A stretch of 64,000 nt of DNA from positions 1 through 64,000 of the forward strand of contig OZ025666.1 in NCBI GenBank assembly GCA_964019335.1. Reading direction: 5' to 3'. The first letter of the stretch is position 1, and every line of letters starts with the position of its first letter. The notes beneath the pieces were generated by a model. The model did not search any database. It worked only from the letters and a program-made list of their open reading frames with translations, and was not told the origin of the DNA. This DNA comes from Diplonema japonicum. Taxonomy: Eukaryota; Protista; Euglenozoa: Diplonemea. A program made the translations under genes and the position numbers. This document shows positions 31,785 through 41,243 of the stretch, piece by piece.

Positions 31785-34700
31785 ATGCCATCTCAAAAAA
31801 ATAAGAAGACAGGCTATGCTGCGAAGCTTGAAAAGGCACTTGGTGCGAAGAGTGCCGACTTGCAAAAAGTGCTGCAGCCATACAAAGATATGATCACAGA
31901 GCAACATCAGAACGATGTGAGCAAGCACCCTGAACTGCTGAGGGCATGGGTCACGAGAATGGAGGACGAGCTCGAAAATGAGGACTTGGGTGCATTGTAC
32001 CATTTGATGAACACATGTTCGTGCCAAGTGTACAGAAGCTTTGAAGAGGACACTGGGGTGGTGAAGGAGAGCGGTCTGGTTCAATGCCTTGTGCAGTGTC
32101 TCAAGAAGCTTTCTAAACATGGACTCGAGCAACCCGATGTCCTTACTGCCGTGCTTGACATTGCGGAAGCGATTATCTACGACAAAAACCTGAGGTCAGA
32201 GCTCTTTTTGAACAGTGTTGACAACCTGATCTTTATCGGCACCCACTCCGAGCATGCACGCGTGAACAGGAGACTCGCATTATTGGTATGCATACTTATC
32301 TTAGCACTGCCGCCCAGATAATCAAAGCAGCGATGCAAGCAAGCGAGGAACATAGGGCAGCCCTCGACGTTGCCAAACTTGCCGCCTGCCTCTCCGAAAC
32401 GGATGACTTCTCCTGCCAATCATACATCGTTGCCACCGTGATCAAGCTCTTCACCAAGGAAAAGGAAAAATCCTTGAAGGGTCTCAACAAGATATTGGTT
32501 GCGTGTTGGGGGGAGAAGTGGCTGAAGACTCTTAGGAGCATGTCACAAAGAGACCTTGGTTGCACTGAGGACTTCGTGCTGGCTTTCAACAAGGGCCAGC
32601 AAAACCCACAGATTGCCACCCTCAAGTGCAAAGAATGGCAACTTGATGATACAAGGTTCACCCAAGAAACGGACTTACTCTGCCACTGCTCTCCCTCTGC
32701 TATCTCATTCAATCTTCCCTTGACAGATGGAGACCAGGGTGAGGTATGAATAAAGTTAAATTAGTTTAACACACGATCTGCACAGGTCGAAGCTGTCGAT
32801 GTTCCCATCATCAACATTACAAGGCTGAACAAAAACAAAAACAAAGACGTGTCAATTGAAATCAAGCCTGCAAAACTGCCTCCTGTGTTGGTTCCTTATT
32901 CAAAGAAACCAATTTTCACCATGAAGATTCAAAGTGAGGCAGATGTTGGTGCTTGGGTTGAACTTGTGTGCAAAAGGACAAGAGAGATGAGGAAGGTATG
33001 ACAGATTTGATCACCCTCGGTGGATGCACAGCTCTCGTGGCCTAGTGGTTAAGGCACAGGTCTTATGAGCCTGGGATCGCGGGTTCAAACCCCGCCGGGA
33101 GCAGTTATTTTATTTTAACTGGCAACCAAGATTACTGTCTTCTGCAGATGATGTGCTTGGTTTCCCACAAGCACGTCCACGACTGAGCTTGAAGCAAGGG
33201 CCACAGCGGTAGTGGGTGCGGTAGAAGACTGGTGCGCCCGATGGGGGATGCAACTGAGCAGGGAGAAGACTTTGTTCGTCTCCACGCCCAAGTGCGAACC
33301 GTACGACTTCCACGTCTACTTCCCCTCGACCACGAAAACACACTCAGGGTTGGAGTTTTGGCAATCGAAGCTCAAGGGCCGACTCATCACAGGAGGACCT
33401 TCTCATCTGGTGGGAAGAAGGCTCTTAGCCGTGAACCGCACAGCCACGACATATCGCGACATTTCTTCGCTCGTCTCCAGCAGGCTGGTATACGACTTCA
33501 CAACGGCCGTGACAGTCGAGAGACGTGACAGAGCCAAATACCTGGGGATCACCCTGGACGCCGACTTGACCTTCGAAGCCCATGCCCGAGACATTGTCAA
33601 GAGGTACGACAAGCGCATTCGCATACTGCGGCTCCTCTCCGGTTCATCCTGGGGCAGTTCCGCTGCCTCACTCAGATCCTTGTACCTGGCCTATGTCCTG
33701 CCGGTGCACTTACTCGATAGGCATCTTCTTCGCGATGATAACCACCCAGGACAGGAAGACGATGTGCATGAAGCATGCGGAGGCGGCCCGTCGTATCACA
33801 GGGTGCGTCAAAAACACCTCCACCTCAGCCGTCATGTGCGAAGCCCGCTTACGCTCGACCTGATGGCCGATGCAGCGTCTGCTGTCCTATGGCAGAGGGC
33901 GCTAAGATGGGAAGGGACCCCGGTGAACAAGGTGGTTAGGGGTGCGGCGACCACAGGATGGACGAAAAGAGCGCTGGACACGGCAAGGAAATCCGGGCTC
34001 GGAACGGCGGCCTCCCAGCTCTTAGGGAGCACAACGAAGGCACCACCCTGGGTGGAAGGTATCCGAGTAGACCCCTACGCCACCGACACACGGAGGGCCC
34101 TACCCGACGACGTAAGGGCGGCTGCGGCTGCGAAAAAACTGGCCGAGATTCCCAGCGATGCCTTGGTTGTGTACACGGACGGCTCGGTGGCGGGGGGAAG
34201 AGGAGGTGCAGGGGTCCATCAAGGTCCCTGACCTGGGACTTAACCCTCACCACCTCGCATGGGGCCGGCTCGGTCTCCACACCCATGTGCGCCGAAGGCA
34301 CCGCTATCCTGAAGCCGCGAGTCTGCAGGGGCGCCCCCTCTACCTGCTCACGGACTCCCAATCGATGCTAAGGGGGCTCGCCGGTGGCCCCGGCCGGCAG
34401 AGGGAGATCACGGACAGACGGATCTGGGACGCCGCTTCGTGGCTCAGGACCAAGCGCTCATTTCTGGTTTGTTCCCTCTCACTGCGGTGTAGCGGGGAAC
34501 GAACTCGCTGACGGAGCTGCCAGGGATGGTCTGGCGAAGCAATCCTGTGGAGTCAGCTACCGTCCCTCCTACAGAGGGGAGGGAGTGGGAGACTGTCGCC
34601 ATTCGTAACGAGGCTGTGATGGCCTGGAGCGTCGTTGCCGTACCTCGCGTGCGTCGCTCCCCTCAGCCATGCCTTCACGGCCGCTTTGCTGGAGCGAGGT

Positions 34701-35787
34701 CCAGATCATGGGCCTCTGGGCTCTTAACATGGTCCGAGTGTGGGATCATCCCCCCAACCAACGCTGCTCAAGGGTGAACATGAGCCGTCAGCACGTGTCG
34801 TCTAGTGGTTAGGACGCTCGCCCCACACGCGAGAGATCGTCGGTTCAATCCCGACCATGTGTACTTTTCCCAGGTCTGGATAACTGGTTGTTGTTTAACG
34901 CCACCAAGTCACCAATTTGGTGGCAAGTGCGACCGTGGTCTAGTGGCATGATGGATCCCTCCCAAGGATTCGACCCGGGTTCGATTCCCGGCGGTCGCAA
35001 TTTTTGTTTTGTTTTAACTTACAATTTTACACAGAGAAAGAGCAGCAAGCGTTCATCAGCAGTTCCGGTATCTGAAGACAGGAAACGCAAAGAACCAGAG
35101 ACGATATCGGTGATGTCACCTGCAAAGAAGTCAACTACACCGGGCAGCGCCAATATCGTGGATTTGAGGCAGAAAGCCAAAACGCCAACTTCTGCTGGAC
35201 AGAAAATTGAGGACCCTTCGCCCTTTAGCAGGATGAACAAGATCGTTGTAGCAGACGATGACGACATGGGTGACTCAGACCTCGATGTTGTTTTCAGCAA
35301 GTTGAGAGAGCAGTTTCAGCAAAACACCATGAAGAAACAACAAAGAGGCAAGGAAGGTCTTGAGAAAACCATGGAGCTCGTGCAAAAGCTGGTTGACGAC
35401 TACAAAGAGGACTCTTCCAAGCGTAACGAGAGCCTCAACGACTCCGTGCAGCAACTTAGAGACGAAGCAGAGAATGTTGAGGCTGACTTTGGCACCTGTC
35501 GTGACAGAGAGAAGGCACTTGCAAAGGACATAGAGAGTCTACACGACCAGTTCATAAACAAAGCTAAAGAACACCGCGACAACATGGCTTCCTTCCATGA
35601 AGAACTTAGCAACATCTCCCCGAAGATCAACGACCAAGAGTTCAAAGCACTGTCGAAGCTACGTGACATGGTTGATGCTGAGTTCGCTAAGCTTGAGGAG
35701 CAGGTCACGAAGATCCAGTCTCAGAAGACCATGATGACGAGGATGATGAAATTCATGATGTCACAGCTCGGAGCCTCGGAGGACTAG
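31785..35787 (+). CDS. SYCP2-family (ARM-PH-coiled coil) chromosome-axis/KKT17-18-like protein; introns 32286-32317, 32744-32785, 32996-35034
   Basis: DDFSCQSYIVATVIKLF / CTEDFVLAFNKG / IATLKCKEWQLD / AISFNLP..VEAVDVP parallel SYCP2 GDYDLQV..EALCRM / DCRIFLN.VNG / VFTFPC / TLSFYI..WEAVTVP; all splice joins keep frame; C-terminal coiled coil. Confidence 0.65.
33031..33103 (+). tRNA. tRNA-Ile (TAT)
   Basis: GCTCTCG/CGGGAGC acceptor stem, A-box TGGCCTAGTGG, CAGGT-CTTATGA-GCCTG anticodon arm, GGTTCAAAC B-box, T-rich terminator. Confidence 0.92.
33120..34790 (+). mobile_element. Degenerate ingi/I-clade non-LTR retrotransposon fragment (RT C-terminus + RNase H)
   Basis: SADD, WCARWGMQLSREKT, KYLGITLDADLTF, VYTDGS, LTDSQS, WFVPSHCGVAGNELAD across several frameshifts. 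Confidence 0.88.
34791..34863 (+). tRNA. tRNA-Val (CAC), with atypical C33
   Basis: GCACGTG/CATGTGT acceptor stem, CTCGC-CCCACAC-GCGAG anticodon arm, GTCGG-TTCAATC-CCGAC T arm, TTTT downstream. Confidence 0.8.
34929..34999 (+). tRNA. tRNA-Gly (CCC)
   Basis: GCGACCG/CGGTCGC acceptor stem, GATCC-CTCCCAA-GGATT anticodon arm, CCGGG-TTCGATT-CCCGG T arm, TTTTT terminator. Confidence 0.93.
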
Positions 35788-36050
35788 ACAACACGGGGTA
35801 GTTGCCCCGTGGATAAATAAACCATTAGATTAATTTCTGAAGACTGAGTTGTAAACCATTATTTCTGAACTAGTTGTGATGTCTTTTCTTTCTTTTACCC
35901 CCTTTTACATTTGACTGCATAGAACCTGTTTGTTGCACAAATCTTCTATAGTCTCTGAAGACTAAGTAGCCAACCCCCTTATTTCTAGATGCCTTCCTCT
36001 CATTGGCGAATTTTCTGCATTTGCAACTCGAAGTACACTTTAGGTTCAAC

Positions 36051-38042
36051 ATGGCTAAAAAGAGCAATCGCAAGAGCAATGTAGTAGAGAGGGTAACAAA
36101 GATGTTGGCCCGCCCCAAGAAGGAGCTCGCTGCGGAGATGAGAGCCTTAAAGCTGAGCACGACTGATAAGAGAGAGCTTGCTAAGCATGCGGACATCTTG
36201 GAAGCATGGACGGGAAGGATGGACAGAGAGATGGAGGACGGAGAGTACGAGATAGTGAGCGAGCTTGCGATGATGGGAATCGATCTCCTAGCGCTCTTCA
36301 TCAGCGAATCTGCTCTTCACGACACTAATGTTCTCGAATCCTTTACTAAGTGGATCACTAACATCAACGGTGACAACACGAAGGACAGGTACGTTGTGGC
36401 AATGACTAATCTTATTTCTGTTTTCACCGATCTGCTTGAAGACACTGAAATTGCTAACCTCGCTTTCCCTCTCGTGCACAAGAGCTTCATGAAATTGCTG
36501 ACGAAGAAAGTACCGAACTACCGCAACACCATCTTGAGGAGGAACGTTGCCGATGCGCTTCTTGTAGCCTGTAACAAGAGTGCATCCAACAAGCAGCTCC
36601 TCGATGCTCAGGGTCTGGTGGCACTCTTTCTCGGCACTGCGGACCCTGCCTTAAAGGAGACCCTTGTTCACATCATCAGGAGGGGTGTAATTAACAACAA
36701 AGCTGCAACCAGAGAGGCAGAGGCAAACAAATCGCGTGCCCTGAAGACGCTGTGTGCTCGGCTTGGAGATGACCTTTTCCACAAGTTCAAGCAAACTGGA
36801 AAGAGCGAACAAGGTGCAATGGAGGTAATCCTTGCTCACAACAAGGTCAGCCCGCATTTCAAGCTATTGGTCTGTAAGTCTTGGACAGTGCATGGATCCG
36901 ATTACAATGCCAAGGACTACGAGGGGTTACCAAACACGAAGAAGCTGCTTGTCTACGCCAACAAAGACTTCATATCCTACCAGATGCCCACAGATGACCA
37001 CGGCTGGCACGGTGTATCTTACGACATGATCGATAAGTTGTCGCATGATAACACGAAAAGGGTAGTACGGATCGAGCTGGAAACCAACGACGTTCTGCTT
37101 TTCACAACGTGTGGTGGTGACAAGGACACAGTGCGTGACTGGCTGACTTATGTCGAGGACGGGATGAACAAGGATGACACCGACATTGGGATCGAAGAAG
37201 CAAGCTCCTTGGTACTGGTTCCAACCAAACCAATTGCATTGCCTAATCCGACACCTCCGCCTTCTGTTGGAAACAAGAGGAAAAGCGATCTATTGTTCGA
37301 TCTCGATGGAATGTCTCCGTCACCCAAAAAAGCAAGCGGCACGAAGAGGACGAAACGAAGCATTATTTCACCAAGTGTTGAACATGACAGAAAAAACGCG
37401 ATTGGCGGTAAGTGGGAAGCACCCGATTCACTGTTGCTTGGGAAATCGTGGTTTGCGGAAGACCAGTCTAGTGATGAAGAAGACGCAGAGTTCGAAATGC
37501 AGCAGATGGAACGTGCGTTGACGCAGACCTTAGAGAAGAGGGAAGAGCAGTCACTGAATGAAATGCATGAACTTCAGAGGGAAGTCCAGCAGCTTGTTGA
37601 CCATGTGAAGAAAACCGAAATCGTCGAAAAGAGGCAAGAGTTGTTAGAAAAGCTGAAGCACATGGAAAGGGACATCAGAAGGGGGGAGGAGACCTTCCTG
37701 AGTGATATCGGCCATAAAGAGAAGGCACTGACAAAGGATGTAACGGCATTTCACAAGAAATTCCGTCAAGACGTAAAAGTTGCGAACGGCCAGCTAAGAG
37801 ACCTGCTTACCGACCTGGACAACATCATGCCGAACAGCAAAGAGTACAACGAGATGTTCGATGCCAGCGCCCAGACCATTGTCAAGAAGGGATCGGATTA
37901 CCTGCAAAAGAAGGTATGTGTAAAGCAGTACAACTAACTTTAATCACAGCTGAAAAAGAAGCAAAACAAAACCGATGCTGTTATGAAGATGTTCTCGATG
38001 ATCACACAGGGGTTCTCACAAGGCAACAGGGCCCGTATCTAG
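36051..38042 (+). CDS. Second SYCP2-family-like protein (ARM-PH-disordered linker-coiled coil), tandem paralogue
   Basis: Same layout as the upstream gene: TADPALKETLVHIIRR, MEVILAHNK, KLLVCKSWTV, FISYQMP; short intron near 37914-37949; ends ...VMKMFSMITQGF. Confidence 0.55.
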
Positions 38043-38183
38043 ACTTTAAATATTAGACTTTCTACCTTTTGTAAATATCGAGCACTGCCCATTACCTTGT
38101 ACCCTGCTCTCTGAATTTACTAGATTTCCTCCCGTAGACACCTTATTTCTTCCCCGAAGCTACACGTCTCGAGTACATTACAG

Positions 38184-39950
38184 ATGTCCCTAAAAAGAAA
38201 AACAACCGATGTCAGACTGGAAGAACTACGTCACCTTCTTTGCGAAACAGAATGCGAGATAGAGACTTTGCAACTCAGGGCCGATCAAATCAGAAAGGAC
38301 ATTAGTGCAATCAGTAACGAAGAAGAACAAGCGAGGGAGAAAGCTACCTTGAGCAAAGATTGGAAACACGGTTTTAAGTGGGACAAACAAGTGGATGCAG
38401 CTCTCGAGGTGTTAGGATACAGTGAGTTTAGAAAGCTGCAGCGCGAGAGCATCAATGCAGTGTTGTCTGGGCAGGACACATTTAGTATCATGCCCACGGG
38501 AGCGGGTAAGTCCTTGTGCTTCCAGCTTCCCGCCTTTATCTGGGCACAGCAACGTGGTGTTGTTTGCATCATATCACCCCTCCTTTCTCTCATGGAGGAT
38601 CAGGTAACTGCTTTGCGCGAGAAGGGTCTTGATGCGGAGATGCTGTGCTCCGCCACCGACAAGGATGACAAGCGGCGTATCCTAAATCAGGTGGCAGAAG
38701 GGACTCTCTCCATGGTTTATGCCACCCCTGAGTTTCTTGTCAAGACGAAGACGCTCTTGGCGAAGCTCCAACAAGCATACCACAAAGGCATCTTGAAGCT
38801 TTTTGTTATTGATGAAGCTCACTGCTGCTCCACCTGGGGTCATGACTTTCGATCGGACTACCTAAAGCTTTCGATGATAAGAGAAACTTTCCCCACTGTC
38901 CCCGTCCTTGCCTTGACAGCCACAGCTACAGAAGATTGCAGGAAGGACGTTACTACTCGCCTCAAGATGAAGAGCTGTCTTCACCTCAAAGGACACTACA
39001 ACAGACCCAACCTTACGTATTCAGTGCTGGAAAAACCCAGCAAGAAGGGCGAAGATGTCAAGTGGATGGCGAAGTACATTAAAAAAGAGCACGAAGGACA
39101 CCATGGACTCATCTATTGCCTGAGCTGCAAGGACGTCGACAACACGGTAGAAGGCCTGCGTGGGTACGATATCAAGGTCGAAGGGTACCATGCATCCATG
39201 GATACTGACGAGCGGCAGAAATCTTTCCAAAAGTGGGCAACAGGAGCGTCATATGTCATTGTTGCAACGATTGCCTTCGGGATGGGTATCGACAAGAGCG
39301 ATGTGAGATTCGTGATCCACCATAGTACCCCGAAGTCTGTAGAGAACTACTACCAAGAGAGTGGACGTGCTGGAAGAGACGGTAAGCATGCTGAGTGTAT
39401 CGTCCTTTTTAAGCCTTCGGATATCACGAGGCTGTCGTGCTTGATTGCGGAGAACGCCAACAGAGAAAATAACTTGGCGCGGCTGTATGAGCTGGCCGAG
39501 TATATGGACCCTGCGGTGCCTGCCTGCAGAAGGAGGGCGATGGCAGTATACTTCGGTGATGCCTGGAAACCCAGTGACTGTAAGGAGTCCTGTGACTACT
39601 GCTCGCACCTCAGGACGAAGTCGACCATCAACGTAACAGGACTGGCTGAGACTATCCTCGCAGTTATGAAAAAAGCCCCGAGCACCGCTAAGATCACACC
39701 TACAAAGCTTGTTGAGGCTCTTGTGTCCAAAAATGTTGCATCTATGCAAATCAGGGGTGGTGCACCCCCACCCCTGAAGAACAAACCACAAGCTGGTCAC
39801 GCAGAACGTATAGTTCTGAAATTGCTTCACCGAAAGAATATCACAGAGGATTTCATTTTCACACCCTATGGGAGCAATAGCTATCTAACCTTCAAGACGG
39901 ACACCATCGACGATCCGATACTTCTGTCGCCCATGCCCCAAGCATCGTAG
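38184..39950 (+). CDS. RECQL: RecQ1-like ATP-dependent DNA helicase
   Basis: MPTGAGKSLCFQLP, DEAHC, ATIAFGMGIDK, YYQESGRAGRDG, RQC zinc site CRR..C..CDYC; N-terminal coiled coil. Confidence 0.92.
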   Translation: MSLKRKTTDVRLEELRHLLCETECEIETLQLRADQIRKDISAISNEEEQAREKATLSKDWKHGFKWDKQVDAALEVLGYSEFRKLQRESINAVLSGQDTFSIMPTGAGKSLCFQLPAFIWAQQRGVVCIISPLLSLMEDQVTALREKGLDAEMLCSATDKDDKRRILNQVAEGTLSMVYATPEFLVKTKTLLAKLQQAYHKGILKLFVIDEAHCCSTWGHDFRSDYLKLSMIRETFPTVPVLALTATATEDCRKDVTTRLKMKSCLHLKGHYNRPNLTYSVLEKPSKKGEDVKWMAKYIKKEHEGHHGLIYCLSCKDVDNTVEGLRGYDIKVEGYHASMDTDERQKSFQKWATGASYVIVATIAFGMGIDKSDVRFVIHHSTPKSVENYYQESGRAGRDGKHAECIVLFKPSDITRLSCLIAENANRENNLARLYELAEYMDPAVPACRRRAMAVYFGDAWKPSDCKESCDYCSHLRTKSTINVTGLAETILAVMKKAPSTAKITPTKLVEALVSKNVASMQIRGGAPPPLKNKPQAGHAERIVLKLLHRKNITEDFIFTPYGSNSYLTFKTDTIDDPILLSPMPQAS

Positions 39951-40068
39951 ACTCAGTGGCTGGCTTGCTGCTGTTAGCCCATTAATGACTTGCAGCTAGT
40001 CACATACTGGTCTTCATGCTATTATTTCGATTCATTAGCTTATATTTTTATCCAAACACACAGGAAGA

Positions 40069-41196
40069 ATGGGAATGGAGAGAGTGATGCGCAATACACA
40101 GAACAAGAAGGATCTTGTGAAGTTGTCGTGCGGACTACTTGAGGTGGTATTTGATGTGACATTAGAGAGAGAAGGAACAGAAAGAAGCGATGAAAGCAAA
40201 AGTGCCTATGAATTAGTGCTGACACCTCTGAACATGCATTTTCTGAACAAAGCCACTCTTGAAGAAGAAAAGCGGTTGGGGTGGTGTGTCGTGTTGGATG
40301 TGCATGAGGAAGAACACCTCGTGTTACTGAAGACACGAGACGCAATTCTGGAGTTGTCCTGCTACAATGCAAACTGTTATTACACATTGCGGCAACTGTA
40401 CACCCACTACAAGTCGTGTGTAGGGGTTGTAACGAACGAGCAACCTGCTCCTGTTATCATGCCCGAGCGTGGCTTACATGTTCAAGAAGGTGACCAAAAC
40501 AGTGCTTGTGAAAGGGATGCTGCAGCTTGCAACCAAGAGAGCCAACCTGCAAAAGCCCCTCCTGTTTTCTCCAAAGAACAAATTCTGAATTGGTATCGAG
40601 AAGAGTATGAAATAAAAGGAAAACGAGAAGTTCAGGCCGAGTTGCAGACCTTACTTAATGAAAGAAAGCTTGTTGACCCAGACCAGGTGGACCATACATG
40701 CAACATGCTGTGCAATGCTGCGTCTCAGGCAGGCCACGCAAAGGAGAATTGGGATCTGGACATTCGTGAGCTAAGAGTAACTGAGTTGTGCGGTGAGTAC
40801 TTAGCTAGCAAGAAACATAGAGCGGTCTTGCGGAAGATGCTTGGAAGTGCAGAGACTGATCACATCAGTCTGTCCGGCACTGGCATCGATGATGACATCC
40901 TCCGAGTGCTGCTTCAACACCTCACCCCGAGTGTTGTGTCCCTCGACCTTTCTGCCAACCCCATTACTGACGAAGGCATAGAGCACCTGTGCACTTTCAC
41001 AACACTGACCTCCCTCAGCCTAAAAGCCTGTCAAAACCTGACACGTGCCACACTATGCACTCTCTTGAATTATGCCAAGGAGCACGGCAAACTCAAAACA
41101 CTTTACCTTCCTGCTCACTTAATGGTGCCTCCTGTAGTAGGCGAGCTGCGATCTATTTTGGCGCTGAACCTGATTGCTTCCGCAATGGGTTGTTAA
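40069..41196 (+). CDS. Hypothetical protein with C-terminal leucine-rich repeats
   Basis: ISLSGTGIDD, SLDLSANPITDEG, SLSLKACQNLT. Confidence 0.7.
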   Translation: MGMERVMRNTQNKKDLVKLSCGLLEVVFDVTLEREGTERSDESKSAYELVLTPLNMHFLNKATLEEEKRLGWCVVLDVHEEEHLVLLKTRDAILELSCYNANCYYTLRQLYTHYKSCVGVVTNEQPAPVIMPERGLHVQEGDQNSACERDAAACNQESQPAKAPPVFSKEQILNWYREEYEIKGKREVQAELQTLLNERKLVDPDQVDHTCNMLCNAASQAGHAKENWDLDIRELRVTELCGEYLASKKHRAVLRKMLGSAETDHISLSGTGIDDDILRVLLQHLTPSVVSLDLSANPITDEGIEHLCTFTTLTSLSLKACQNLTRATLCTLLNYAKEHGKLKTLYLPAHLMVPPVVGELRSILALNLIASAMGC

Positions 41197-41243
41197 CATT
41201 CTCCATACATGCACACCTGTATCCTATTCAGGAGGTTGGTAAA

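Noticed and set aside
34900-34924. 8-bp hairpin GCCACCAA/TTGGTGGC before tRNA-Gly, and a 7-bp hairpin at 35792-35811
   Set aside because: Too short to distinguish from chance; no recognisable RNA family
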